The notes under the pieces: generated by a model
The model's database searches: none
What the model saw: only the letters and a program-made list of their open reading frames with translations
Told to the model about the DNA's origin: nothing
NCBI GenBank assembly: GCA_965287045.1
Contig: OZ336872.1
Coordinates: 24,428,001 to 24,492,000, forward strand
Reading direction: 5' to 3'
Source: Carcharhinus amblyrhynchos
Taxonomy: Eukaryota
DNA: 64,000 nucleotides
In this document: one piece after another, positions 48,758 to 61,060 of the stretch
Layout: each line of letters begins with the position of its first letter
Position numbering within the stretch: position 1 is the stretch's first letter
Translations under genes and position numbers: made by a program

Positions 48758-48865
48758 TCAGCTTTGGCAAAGGGTCATCTGGACTCAAAACATCAGCTCT
48801 TTTCTCTCCTTACAGATGCTGCCAGACCTGCTGAGATTTTCTAGCATTTTCTCTTTTGGTTTGAG
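48758..48865 (+). mobile_element. Penelope-like 3' tail (second family), degenerate hammerhead-like motif
   Basis: ttggcaaagggtcatctggactcaaaacatcagctc...acagatgctgccagacctgctgag. Confidence 0.55.
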
Positions 48866-49382
48866 TACAGTTCCCCATTTTAAAATCAATAACCTGAGAA
48901 TCTTACAGACTTCAGTAAGTCATTGACCAGAGATTTAATTGGACCAGCACTATAAATACAGTGGTCACAAGAGCAGGCCAGAAGCTGGGTATTCTGCAGT
49001 AAATAATTTGCCCCCTGACCCTTTTCACCATCTATAAGGCATAAGTCAGGAGTATGATGGAATGCTCCCAACTTGTAAGAGATAATAACAGGCATACCTC
49101 ATTTCCAATTCCCTCATGGAGATGCCCAGGCTCTTCATTTGACAACTTTATGCAACGGCTTTAAGTCTCAAAAGAATCTGGTGAATATGGAATCTGCACC
49201 CACCACTGCAATGTCACTGCAAAGCAGCACTCCCAAATACTACACTTTGGTACAATGCACCTTAGTGTCTTGCATAAAGCACAATCGAGAATGACTATAA
49301 TGAATTACAGCACTGCCTTTCGTTTTTTTGGAACCTGCGATTATACCTCAGATCATAGTTAAAACACATTACAACACACACA

Positions 49383-49711
49383 GGGTGGCATGGTGGCACA
49401 TGGTAAACTCTGCTGCCTCACAGCACTGGGGACCCGGGTTCAATCCTGGCCTAGGGTCACTGTGTCTGTGTGGAGTTTGCACATTCTCCCCATGTCAATG
49501 TGCATTTCCTCAGGGTGCTTTGGTTTCCTCTCACAGTCCAAAGGTGTGCAGATTAGGTTGATTGGCCATGCTAAAATTGCCCCTTGGTGTCAGGGGGATT
49601 AGCAGGCTAAATACATGGAGTTGTAGAGATAGGGCCTGGTTGGGATTGTTCTTGGTGCAGGCTCAGTGAGCCAAATGGCCTCCTTCTGCATTGTAGGGAT
49701 TCAATGATTAT
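49383..49711 (+). mobile_element. V-SINE, tail type A
   Basis: Full-length copy. Confidence 0.9.
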
Positions 49712-50664
49712 AAGGATGGTATACAAGGAATGTCACTCGGCAACTGACCTATGGCATACCTGACCAAGGGCTTGGAATTTCTACCTCTGAGGGGTAAGCA
49801 TTTTCCAGAAGCAGAAATCTCACCTACTTCCAATACATAGGGGAAGACCACAGTCTCCACACTGGTCGTAGCGGCTTAAAAATTATCTCTTAAATATCAA
49901 AAGTGTTCACATCTTCAACATCACCTTAACATATTGTCCAGGTGGACCAGCATCTAAAAAAAGTTGAAGTCAAGTTTCAATTCTATTTATACTCCAGTTC
50001 TCCACAGAGATCAAGGGGAATATTTTCCAGTTACTGTACACTTGGACATACTGAATTGCCAGAGCAAAGCATAAAGAAATATATGGCTGAAAGGAGCACA
50101 TTTTGGTTTTTCCAGCCATTTAAGTTTGTGGACGGAAGATCGATGGCTTTGCTTTAAGGGTGAGTGATCCTTCCCACCCAATATTCCTCTATCCTGTACC
50201 CAAGTGTTCTGATACGCCCAATCTGAGTAACAGTGAATTCAATCTCATGTATCACTAATCTCAGATGGCCTACTTGTCAGAGCAACAAAAAACTACTGGA
50301 GCAATCTTTTACTGTGCCACTGAGGAATGAGTAAGTAGTTTCAATGCACTGATGCATTGTTTCACACCTTGGTCTACTCATCCTGACTAGGGATAAATAC
50401 TACGAACAGGAGAAATAGCAGTAGGAGTGGACATACAGCACCTCAAATCTACTCCAACCTTTAATTAATCCATGTTTGATCCTCTATCTTAGCTCCAATG
50501 CCTGCTGGATCCCACAGCATCAATTTGAAGAGCAGATGACTGTAGGTGACAAAATAAGCCATTCTATTTTCTTAAATATTGCTTTTCAAAATGTTTATTG
50601 GCACTGTAGGGATTCTATGATTCATCATTCTATGAACTGTAGATTCTTTGTCAATAAATTTACA

Positions 50665-52919
50665 TCTTCTGTAAACTTTAGGATAGTAATGGAAAAAGAT
50701 GAGTGTTGTCCAATGGGTAAGGTGCTGAATTGGGCGAAGGCTAACTACAGCCGGATTAGGCAGGATTTGGTGGTTGTTGATTGGGAGAGGCTGTTCGAGG
50801 GTAAATCCACATCTGGCATGTGGGAATCTTTTAAGGAGCAGTTGATAGGGCTGCAGGACAGGCACGTGCCTTTAAAAAGGAAGGATAGGAAAGGTAAGAT
50901 TCGAGAGCCGTGGATAACCAAGGAAATCATGGGTCTAATCAAAAAGAAAAAAGAGACATACGTAAGGTCCAGGCAGCTAAAAACAGATGGAGCACTGGAG
51001 GAATACAGAGGAAGTAGAAAAGAGTTCAAACAGGGAACTAGAAGGGCAAAAAGGGGTCACGAAATGTCCTTGCAGACAGGATTAAGGAGAATCCTAAGGC
51101 ATTTTATACAAACGTTAGGAACAAGAGGGTTGTTAGGGAAAGGATCGGACCTCTCAGGGGCAAAGGAGGGGAATTATGCTTAGAACCAAAGGAAGTTGGT
51201 GAGATCCTAAATGAATACTTTGCATCAGTATTCACAAAGGAGAGGGCCATGTTGACTGGGAGTGTCTCAGAGGGATGTGTTGGCCCGTTAGAAAAAATCT
51301 CAATTACAAGGGAGGAAGTGTTAGGTTTTTTAGGAAACATTAAGACAGACAAATCCCTGGGGCCTGATGGCATCAATCCTAGGCTGCTCAGGGAGACAAG
51401 GGATGAAATTGCTGGGCCTCTAACAGAAATCTTTGTCTCTTCACTGGACACAGGTGAGGTCCCAGAGGATTGAGGATAGCAAATATAGTCCCGTTATTTA
51501 AGGAGGGTAGCAAGGATAACCCAGGTAATTATAGGCCAGTGAGCTTAATGTCTGTGGTAGGGAAATTGTTGGAGAAGATTATTAGAGATAGGATATATAC
51601 GCATTTAGAATGGAATAATCTCATTAGCAATAGACAGCATGGTTTTGTACAAGGGAGTCATGCCTCACAAGCTTGGTTGAGTTTTTTGAGGAGATGACAA
51701 AAACGATTGACGAGGGAAGGGCCATGGATGTCATCTATATGGATTTTAGTAAAGCTTTTGACAAGGTGCCTCATGGCAGGCTGGTGCAAAAGGTTAAATC
51801 TTATGGGATAAAAGGTGAGCTAGCTAGATGGGTGGAGAACTGGCTTGGCCATAGGAGACAGAGGGTAGCAGTGAAGGGGTCTTTTTCCGGTTGGAGGTCT
51901 GTGACTAGTGGTGTTCCACATGGCTCTGTACTGGGACCTCTGCTGTTTGTGATATATATAAATGATTTAGAAGAAGATGTAGCTGGTGTGATCAGTAAGT
52001 TTGCGGACAACACAAAGATTGCTGGACTTGCGGATAGTGATGACATTGTCAGAGAATACAGCAGGATATAGATAGGCTGGAAAATTGGATGGAGAAATGG
52101 CAAATGGAACTTAATCTAGATAAATGCGAAGGGATGCATTTCAGTAGATCTAATGTAGGGAGGAGCTGTACAATAAATGGCAGAACCTTCAGGTGTATAG
52201 ACACACGGAGGGACCTGGGTATGCAAGTCCACAGACCCCTAAAAGTGGCAGCACAGGTGGAGAGGGTGGTGAAGAAGGCATATGATATGCTTGCGTTTAT
52301 TTGATGGGGCATAGAGTATAAAAGTTGGCATATGATGTTGCAGCTATATGGAACGTTGGTTAGGCCACATTTGGAATACTGCGTCCAGTTCTGGTTGCCA
52401 AACTACCAGAAGAACGTGGAGGCTTTGGAGAGAATACAGAAAAGGTTTACCAGGACGTTGCCTGGTATGGAAGGTCTTAGCTATGAGGAGAGATTTGGCA
52501 AACTGGGGCTGTTCTCCCTAGAAAGAAGGAGGATGAGGGGTGACCAAATAGAGGTGCATAAAATTATGAAGGGCATAGATAGGATGAACAGTGGGAAGCT
52601 TTTTCCCAGGTCGAAAGTGACGAGCACAAGGGGTCACAAGTTCAAGGTTAAGGGAGCAAGGTTCAACACAGATGTCAGGGGGACGTATTTTACACAGAGG
52701 GTAGTGGGAGCCTGGAATGCGCCGCCAAGCAAAACAATTCAGGCTGATACGCTAGGATCGTTTAAAACTTATCCAGATAGCCACATGAACAGACTGGGAA
52801 TAGAGCGATACAAACGAATGGTCTAGCTGGGCACATGAGCGGCGCAGGCTTGGAGGGCCGAAGGGCCTGTTCCTGTACTGTACTGTTCTTTGTCCTTTGT
52901 TCTTTGTTTTGTTCTTTGT
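50665..52919 (+). mobile_element. 5'-truncated CR1 (about 2.25 kb, different subfamily, frameshifted ORF2)
   Basis: ORFs 50476-52826 carry [49 protein letters not shown] and RPHLEYC; tail (tgttcttt)n. Confidence 0.96.
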
Positions 52920-53139
52920 ATCTTATCTTTGCAACTACTAATTCCCGAACATCGTATCATTGCTAATCAAGTGTATAAAATCCAAAGGTCTATGACACCT
53001 TAGACTTGGAAAAAAAAGAGATAGAGCAATAACACAACTTTCAGGAATTTTTCAGTGTGTATAAAATAAAATTTAAAAACTCACATAAGCACAGTTTCTG
53101 TGATTATGTTGTCATACAATAAAAGTAGCTAAAGTGAAC

Positions 53140-54812
53140 TTTGGCTTCTTAGAAGGTGAGGCTAGGGAATTAATAATGGGGAACGAAGAAATAGCAAAAA
53201 CTTTGAAGAAGTGTCTTGTAGCTCTCTTCACAACTGAAGATATAAAAAGCATTCCAAAGATAGTAGAAACTCAAAAGGAGAGAGGAACTCAAAACAATCA
53301 CTATCACTAGAGAAAGGCAATAGGAATATCAATAGGGCTTGGGGCTGACACATCCCCTGAACCTGATGACCTGTATCCTATGGTTTTAAATTAAGTGGCT
53401 GCAGATATAGTGGATGCATCCTTCCAAAATTCCTTAGATTCTGGAATGGTCCCAGTGGATTGAAAGCTCGTAAACGTAAGACCTCTCTTCAAGGAAGGTG
53501 GGAGAAAGAAGACAGGGAACTATAGGCCAGTTAGCCTAATGTTGGTCAGTGGGAAAATGCTTGTATACATTATTGAGGAGGTAATAATAGATTTACGAAT
53601 TTGTAACACAATCAGGCAGAGTGGATAGTTATGTGAAAGGGGAATTGTTTTTGGGAAATTTATTCGAGTTATTTGAGGATGTAAAAAGCAGGGTGCACAA
53701 AGGGAACCAGTAGATGCAATATATTTGGATTTCCAAAGGGCATTTGCTACAAAAAGGGTTATCATACAAGATAGAAGCTTATGATGTTGGGTGATAGATT
53801 AGCATGGATAGAGGATCGGCTAACTAAAGGAAACAGATAAATGGGTCATGTTCAGGATGGCAAATTGTAACTAGTGGAGAGCCAGGGAGATCAGTGCTGT
53901 GGCCTCAACATCTATATTAATGACTTGGATAAAGGGACTGATTGTACCAAAGACAAAGTTGCTGATGATATAAAAGGTAAGTGGGAAAACAAGTTGTGAG
54001 GAGGCTACAGAGAGCCTGCAAAGGCGTATAAATTGAATGGGCAACAAATTGACAAATGGAGCAGATGCGGGAAAATGTGAGGTTGTCCACTTTGGCAGGA
54101 AGAACATAAATACTGATTAATATTTAAATGGAGACAGACTACAGAATGCTACAGTACAGAGGGATCTGGATGTCCTTGTACATGAATCACATATATCACA
54201 TATCACCGAGAGGGGTGCCAGTACATCAAGTAATTAAAAAGGCAAATGAAATGTTGGTCTTTATTGGAAGAGGGATAGGTTGTAGAAGCAGGGATGTCTT
54301 GCTACAACTATCCAGGATATGCCTAGAGGTTTGTATACAGTTTGTTCACGTTACTTACATACTTGCATCGGAAGCAGTTGTGAGAAGGTTCACTAGGCCG
54401 ATTCCTAGGGCCTAGTGTGTAAAGATTGGACTTATATTCTTTGGAGTTCAAAAGAATGAGACGTGATCTTATTGAAACATATATGCCGGAATTCTACTAC
54501 CTCGCCTACCACGGAAGTCAGAGCAGATGAGGAGTGGATAACGGAAATGTCCGTTGACCTTGTGTGGGAATTTCCGGTCTCGCTCAAGTGAGGCCATAGA
54601 TGCTGAGAGAGCTTGACAAAGTAGATGCTGGAAAAATGTTTCTCCTTATTGGGGAATCCTGAACTAGGAGGCATAGTGTGGAGGGTTGTTAAATTCACTG
54701 AAGGCTGAGTTAGACAAAATTTGATACAAAGGAATCAATGGTTATGGGGGGATGCGGTGGGGGTGAGGCAGGAAATTGGATCTAAGGCCATGATCAGATC
54801 AGCCATGATCTT
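53140..54812 (+). mobile_element. Old degraded CR1
   Basis: NYRPVSL, LDFQRAF and ADD remnants with many stops; MITE inserted at 54484-54597. Confidence 0.85.
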
Positions 54813-55881
54813 GGACAGGATCTTAAGCCCGTGTTCACCATCCTTGGGAACGTTAGCCGGGGCTCAATATCTGGCGAAACCCGGAAGTTGCAAATCGAGT
54901 GGCAAGATCATGACTTCTGCCTCACTGGCGATGTAATTGGGTTCACAGCCGTTATGAGCGTGAAACTAATTTACTTGCATTACAATACACTTCCATACGA
55001 TTAAAGGCCCTCATCTGCCAGATATTGAACCCCTGCCATATCTACAAATGTCAGCACGGTTTACAACAAGTACAGTGCATGTCTCCACATATGTGGCTCA
55101 GCCTCAAGTGCTTTCCCACTTCCTGAGTTCCTCTTAACATCTACTGTTGTTGCGTCCGTGCTAATATGCCTAAATGGCAGTGAAGAACTTGAAATCCATT
55201 GTCACACCCAAGAATGCAACTCCACCATTTCTCTCACATGGCCTCTCTTTATTTTTCCAGTATTCCGACAGCCAACAAACCATTTTCCCAGTACATCAAC
55301 ATTCCACCATTATCCAGCGCGCCCAGGCTCCAAAACCTTTCTTTCATTGGCGCTTCTAACACATTACTTCCATACCTCAGAGCTCTCCAAGGACCACCCC
55401 ACTGCAGCTCCTACAACAATGCTCCCACCCCTCTCCATTCTTCTCCTGCCTTGCCTTCTGCTCTGAAACGCTTCAGACCACTCTACCAATGATGTAGAAA
55501 CTGTATCACCTGACCCAACCTTAAGTACTTCCACATGCTTCCACCCCAACTGAAACTGGAGCATCTTCCCAATTATCTTCTCTGAATCCCTGGTGTGCTT
55601 TTTCAAAATAAGGCCTCAAATTCGTTACATAGTTAAATAAGTAAATAATGGCAATCACTTTCAAATCTGATTAAAAATAGGACATAATTGGATCGCAGGA
55701 ACACCAAAGCAGTGCGAACATTCCTGTAAGATACTGTGATGAATAGCAGTTGAATTTATTTAGTCACTAGAAAGCACTGACCTTGATAATATACTTCATG
55801 TTATGCAGCAAAAAGCAGAATGTCCTCTGCCTCACCGCGAGCAATATCATGAGTAATTCACTAGCATTTGGAAAAAGATTT

Positions 55882-55967
55882 TGGGTAGAATTTTCCCATC
55901 CCCCCTGCCACAGAAATCCGTTGACCTTAGGCAGGGTTTTCCAGCCCTGGGCCGGAAAATCCCGCCC
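55882..55967. mobile_element. Short MITE
   Basis: gggtagaattttcc...ggaaaatcccgccc TIRs. Confidence 0.7.
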
Positions 55968-56068
55968 TTTGTGTCAGTCAAACTTAAGATGCCATATTTC
56001 AAAGTGGTGAGTTATTTAAATGAAAGAGAAAGATAAACAGTCATTTCGTGCGGCTGCTTCTCACCAAC

Positions 56069-56196
56069 AGGCTGAATTTTAAGGCCCCGTCACAGTGAGG
56101 GCGGGGCTGGAAAATGTAGTGAGACATTTAAAGGTCATTGACTTTGGTGGGACTGGAAGTTCCTGCTGGTGGGAGGAGTTGTCAAATTCTGCCCAG
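56069..56196. mobile_element. Short MITE
   Basis: ggctgaatttt...aaattctgccc TIRs. Confidence 0.65.
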
Positions 56197-56569
56197 TAAC
56201 TATGCCCCCAGTCTGCAAAAACTTCCACCAAGGATAGGACAGGAAGTCATTCACCCCCCCACCACTTCCCTACATTAAGGTTAAAATTGAACTGAAAAGA
56301 AGATCCTTTCCGTTTGTCATCTGAGACAGGACGGTACCCCCAAACTCTCAACAGATAAAAAAAATCATCCATCCCCCGCTATGTATATACAGCACAGTAT
56401 AATAAAGATGAATCTATTTCTTATCTCCACTGTCTCTTATTCAGGCTCAATAATTCAGGAGCCTCAGTATGTTTAAATTACAATGGAATGACAGACGTCC
56501 ATGGGTACAACTAAAGCAACTGCAACGTCTCAGCAAGAACCACATCTAGAAATCACTGACTCGCAACAT

Positions 56570-57640
56570 GACTCCCCTTCCCACAGCACCTTCCCATGCA
56601 GATACAGGGGATGTTCTACTTCCCCTCTACCTACCATTCAGGTCTCCAAACCCTGCTTCCAGGCAAAACCTCCATTTACTTATACCTGTTTTGATTTAGT
56701 CTTCTGTATACACTTTATGGTGCGGTCTCCTCATACAACTGGGAGTCCGAAGACAAATCAGGTGACCCTTCTGTGGAACGCCACCTGTTACACAACAGGT
56801 AAAATTCCTCATTAACCATTTTAATTCTCCCCCCTAATCTCATGCTAGCTTCTCTGCCCTTGAGCCCTACACTGCACAACTGAAGCTGAATAGAAGCATG
56901 AGGAACAGCACCTCATCTTTTGATTGGACACTTTACAGCACTGGGTTCAATTATTTTAAATTTCTTTTCAGATGACAACTGTTGGTAATGATTCTCTATT
57001 GCAATTTACACTAGCACAGTAGCACAGTGATCAGAACAGCTGCCTCACAGTGCCAGGGACCTGGGTTCAATTCCGGTCTTGGGTGACTGTGTGGAGTTTG
57101 CACGTTCTCCCTGTGGGTTTCCTCCAGGTATTCTGGTTTCCTCTCACAGTCCAAAAATGTGCAGGTTAGACGCATTGGCCATGTTAAATTGCCCCTTAGT
57201 GTGCCACGATGGGTAGGTTAGATGAATTAGTCGTGGTAAACATGTAGAGTGACGGCAATAGAGCAGAGGATTGGGCCTGGTTAAGATATTCTACAAGAGA
57301 GTTGGTTAGCCTCAATGAGCCAAATAGCCTCCTTCTGCATTGTAGGGATTCTATAATCTTCTGGACTAAGTTTTTGTTCTTGGTGTATTTCCATCTCCTT
57401 CTGCCCTATACCATTACCCATTTTGTCGTTTGATTTCTCCAGTCTCCACCCTACCACCGACCTTCTGTTTCATACTTTCTCCACACTTTTCCTCTGCTCT
57501 GTACTTGCTTAAATCCTGTTACATCCCTAACTTTCTCCAATTCTAATGAAAGGTCATTGAACTGAAACTTTAACCTGGTTTCTCTCTTCAACACTGGTGC
57601 CTGACCTACATTTTCTATTATTTTCAGATTACTAACATTT
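56570..57640 (+). mobile_element. Degraded Penelope-like element (GIY-YIG remnant plus tail), split by V-SINE
   Basis: TFPCRYRGC...IQVSKPCFQAKPPFTYTCFDLVFCI resembles the Penelope endonuclease; EQHLIF motif; tail with degenerate ctaatgaaaggtcattgaactgaaac. Confidence 0.65.
57013..57356 (+). mobile_element. V-SINE, tail type A, long variant
   Basis: Head, V-domain, tail gcattgtagggattctat. Confidence 0.9.
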
Positions 57641-57659
57641 ATATTTAATATATATAAAA

Positions 57660-59270
57660 CAGCTTTAATGTAGAAAAAAAGCAAGAGCACTCCATAGAAG
57701 AGAAAAATTGAACATAGGTTGAAACAAGAATAGATTAGAAGGAACAACAGAAGTTCAGTCAAAGCAAAATTTTAAAGGAAGAAAACTGAGAATTTAGGGA
57801 GAGATTCAGAGGCTCTGGAATCCGAATAACTGAAGAATAGCCACCAATGGTGGGGCAAAGAGAGGGGCATATGTAACAAGCAGGCATCAAAAGGATAACT
57901 TTATTTATTAGTGTCACAAGTAGGCTTACATTAATACTGCAATGAAGTTACTATGAAAATTCCCTAGTTGCCACACTCTGGAGCCTGTTCGGGTACACTG
58001 ATGGAGAATTTAGCATGGCCAATCCACCTAATTGGTACATCTTTCCGACTGTGGGAGGAAACCAGAGTACTCAGCTGAAACCCACACAAACACGGGGAGA
58101 ACGTTCAGAGTCTGCACAGTGACCCAAGCTGGGAATTCAGCCTAGGTCCCTGGTGCTGTGAGATAGCTGTACTAACCACTGTGGAATTCAGGAGTATGAC
58201 GGTGCTGGACAAGCTTGCTAGACAGGAAGCTTTGAGGTGACAGAAGGATTTAAATACAATGATTTTGATTTGAGATGCTGGGAAACTGGGAACCAATGTG
58301 GATCAACAAGGGCAGGGTGACGGATAAGCAGGACTTGATCCAGCTGAAGATAAAGGCAGCAGAATTTTGAACAAACTAAAGTTTATAGATAGTGGATGTT
58401 GGGAGGCTAGCCAGGGAACATTGTAGTCTGGAGAGGTCTGGATCTTTCAGTAGACGATAAAGTATGAAACAAGCACTATTACGGGGGTAGAAGTCTGTGA
58501 TCATTGAGAAAGAGAGGAACTGGGCTCAGAAAATTAGCTGAGGGTCTAATAAGATGCCAAAGGTATAAACAGTCTTGTTCAGCCTGCAACCGTGGGCGTG
58601 GAAGAGGTGAGAATCTGTGCCAGGTGTTGCGACTTCCCAATGTTTAACTGGAGAAAACCATGAGTCACCTAAGACTTGATGATGAACAGGCAGACTGAGA
58701 GTCCCAAGGCAGTGGACAAGGCAGAGTCAGAAGATATAGGGTTAGAGGCAAAGCTGGGTTTCTCCAGCTTATGTGCAGAAGCTGACACAGGTCTGTGGAT
58801 ATGGCCACAGGTAAGCATGTAAATGAGGAAGACGGCTCAGAATAGATGCTTGGAGGACTCAGAAGGTGAAAGTGCAGGGGTCAGAAGTGACGTTATTGCT
58901 GGAGAAGCTTTGCAAACATTGGGTTAGTGAGATGAACCAAGAAAGATTGGACTGGCCAAGCAGAACAATAAAGGAACAATGTTGGAGGAGGATGTTGCAA
59001 TAATCTTGTTGTTGGTTATAAATGGGTTGAGGCTGATGCAGAAGAGCAATTAATTATGGTCACGGTTACTGAGAATATCATTCATAACTTATATTAATAC
59101 TATTTCACTAGTGTGGAGGAGTGGAAACCTAATGGAGAAGATTGAAAAGAGTTGCAAGAGCAGTGGAAATGGATCTGTGAGACAGTAACATGCTTAAGGA
59201 TAATAACCAGGAAAGTGAGGTTGGTGCTGTGCCAATATTTTCTAAGGACATGGGCTCACTGTTTTCTTAG
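57660..59270 (-). mobile_element. Old L2-like LINE remnant
   Basis: Near 59000-59130 the minus strand resembles the L2 RT motif GFR..HSTETAL..VTNDIL; heavily decayed. Confidence 0.5.
57900..58183 (-). mobile_element. V-SINE, tail type B
   Basis: tttatttattagtgtcacaagtaggc... tail through head. Confidence 0.9.
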
Positions 59271-59640
59271 GGAAAAGAAAGTTAAGAGGAGATTAGATAA
59301 AGGTGTTCACTTGTGGGGACTAGACAGTGTAGATTGAGAGAGATTGCTCTCTTTGGCAGAAGCTTCAAGAACCAGGGGACGCTGACTTAAGGTGATTGGC
59401 AAAGGAACCAATGACAAAATAAGAATTCTGTGTAGTGAGTTGTTAGAGGTTGGAACACACTGCCTGAGAGTTTGCTGGAGGCAGATTCAATTGCAGCTTC
59501 GAAGGATAAACATATGAAGAGACACAATTTGTAGAGTTGCAGGGAAAGAATGAGAGAGTGGGAATGAATGAGCTGCCCTTGCAGAGAGCTGGCATTAACA
59601 TGATGGACCAAATGTCCTCCTTCTGTGTTGTCACTGTATA
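59270..59640 (+). mobile_element. CR1 3' fragment
   Basis: aaaggttaagaggagattagataaaggtgttc...tggaacacactgcctgagag...atggaccaaatgtcctccttctgtg. Confidence 0.8.
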
Positions 59641-59762
59641 ACTACCTTGATCTAGTGACATGAGAGTTGGACAGTCCCCGAGGAGAAGAAATTATTGACA
59701 ATGTCAGCAAGTGTGGGAGCTGGGAAGGGAAGTTAGGCTATCAGTGGTTTTGTTGGAATTAC

Positions 59763-59799
59763 AGACTTAAACCTTCTAAACTTTAGAAGGTTTAAGTCT
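59763..59799. repeat. Perfect palindrome, 18-bp arms, 1-nt spacer
   Basis: agacttaaaccttctaaa-c-tttagaaggtttaagtct. Confidence 0.97.
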
Positions 59800-61060
59800 T
59801 AACATGTCATTATCACTAGGAAGGCACTATCACTAGGAAGCAATCTGTGCAAATATTGTCTCAGACTTAAAAAAGGAACACACAATTTCCGTAAATAATC
59901 CATTTTTCATTGCCATTCAGGAAAGATTGTCCACATTCAAAAAGATCTCATAGTCCTTCTTGGGCTGAATGGAGGCTTACTGAAGCTACTTCTTGCCTAT
60001 ATTTACACTCACTCTCCTCTTAGTTATTGGTTAACTCTCAACTAGCTACAACATGTAGCACAAAAGGACATCAGTAAAATCAGCCTGGCATCTCAAAGAG
60101 CTTCAGGTCATCATGGTTCTGCAGCTGTTTCAAAAATTCCACATCACTCAATATAACATATTCTGCTGCTTTCTAATCTACTGCAACTCGGAGACACAAA
60201 GGTGTGCCCCAAGCTCCTTACAACTATGTCTCCAAAGTCTAAAAAAATCTCTGACAGGCAGATCTCCTCCTTCTGTTTAATATCCATCTTCACATCAACC
60301 ATGAACACAAAAAAAAACAGAATGGCCAGAGGCTGCCACATAATGACAGAGGAATGGATAAGTTATTAAAGCTGCTCCTCAATAATCAAATGCAGCACAA
60401 TCCACCAAAATCATACATGAGGAGCATACTGTCACAATGTGCATCGTACAATCCCAGCATTTCCTGTAAAAGGATTCCTGGAGTGGGAACTGGTAAAGAT
60501 ACACACTTGTTATGGACCTTTGAATGTTTACAGAGCACAAGGACCTGAGCCAGTGCCAATCTCATATCTTGCATTGTGTTGTATGATGCCCAGAAAACAT
60601 TACATATGACCAGTAGCTACATTATTAACATCTGAGATAGATTATGCTCCGATTCCCCTGTCCCCAGCAAACCAAGTTCAAATGCAATACATTGCAATCC
60701 AAGCATCTGACATATTGCTGGAACTGAAAAAATATCTGGGGACTCATCCATAACTTACCTTAAGGTTTTGAGCTCCACCATATGTGCAGATTATGCAGGT
60801 GAGCAGGAACTTTTGGAGGATTAGATAGGTTTGGTCTATGAACTTCTTTGACACGAGCCAGTGTCTGGTAATATCGAATGATACTGGCACTCAGCATATT
60901 ATGTATCAGCGAAATGTTATCATGAGTAAGAGTACAGTACCTCCTTATAGGGGGAAAATGTTTTACTTTCTCAAGTCAGCTGTCTTTGTGGTCTCTGTGA
61001 AGGAAAATAGAGTACATGTTTGCCAAATTAGGCATGGAGTATTTTGCTGTCAATAAAATT

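Noticed and set aside
2436-58296. Many short ORFs with WLALLPHS, CGRKPEH or LGSLSVWSLH motifs suggesting a repeated peptide family
   Set aside because: They are translations of V-SINE copies in different frames.
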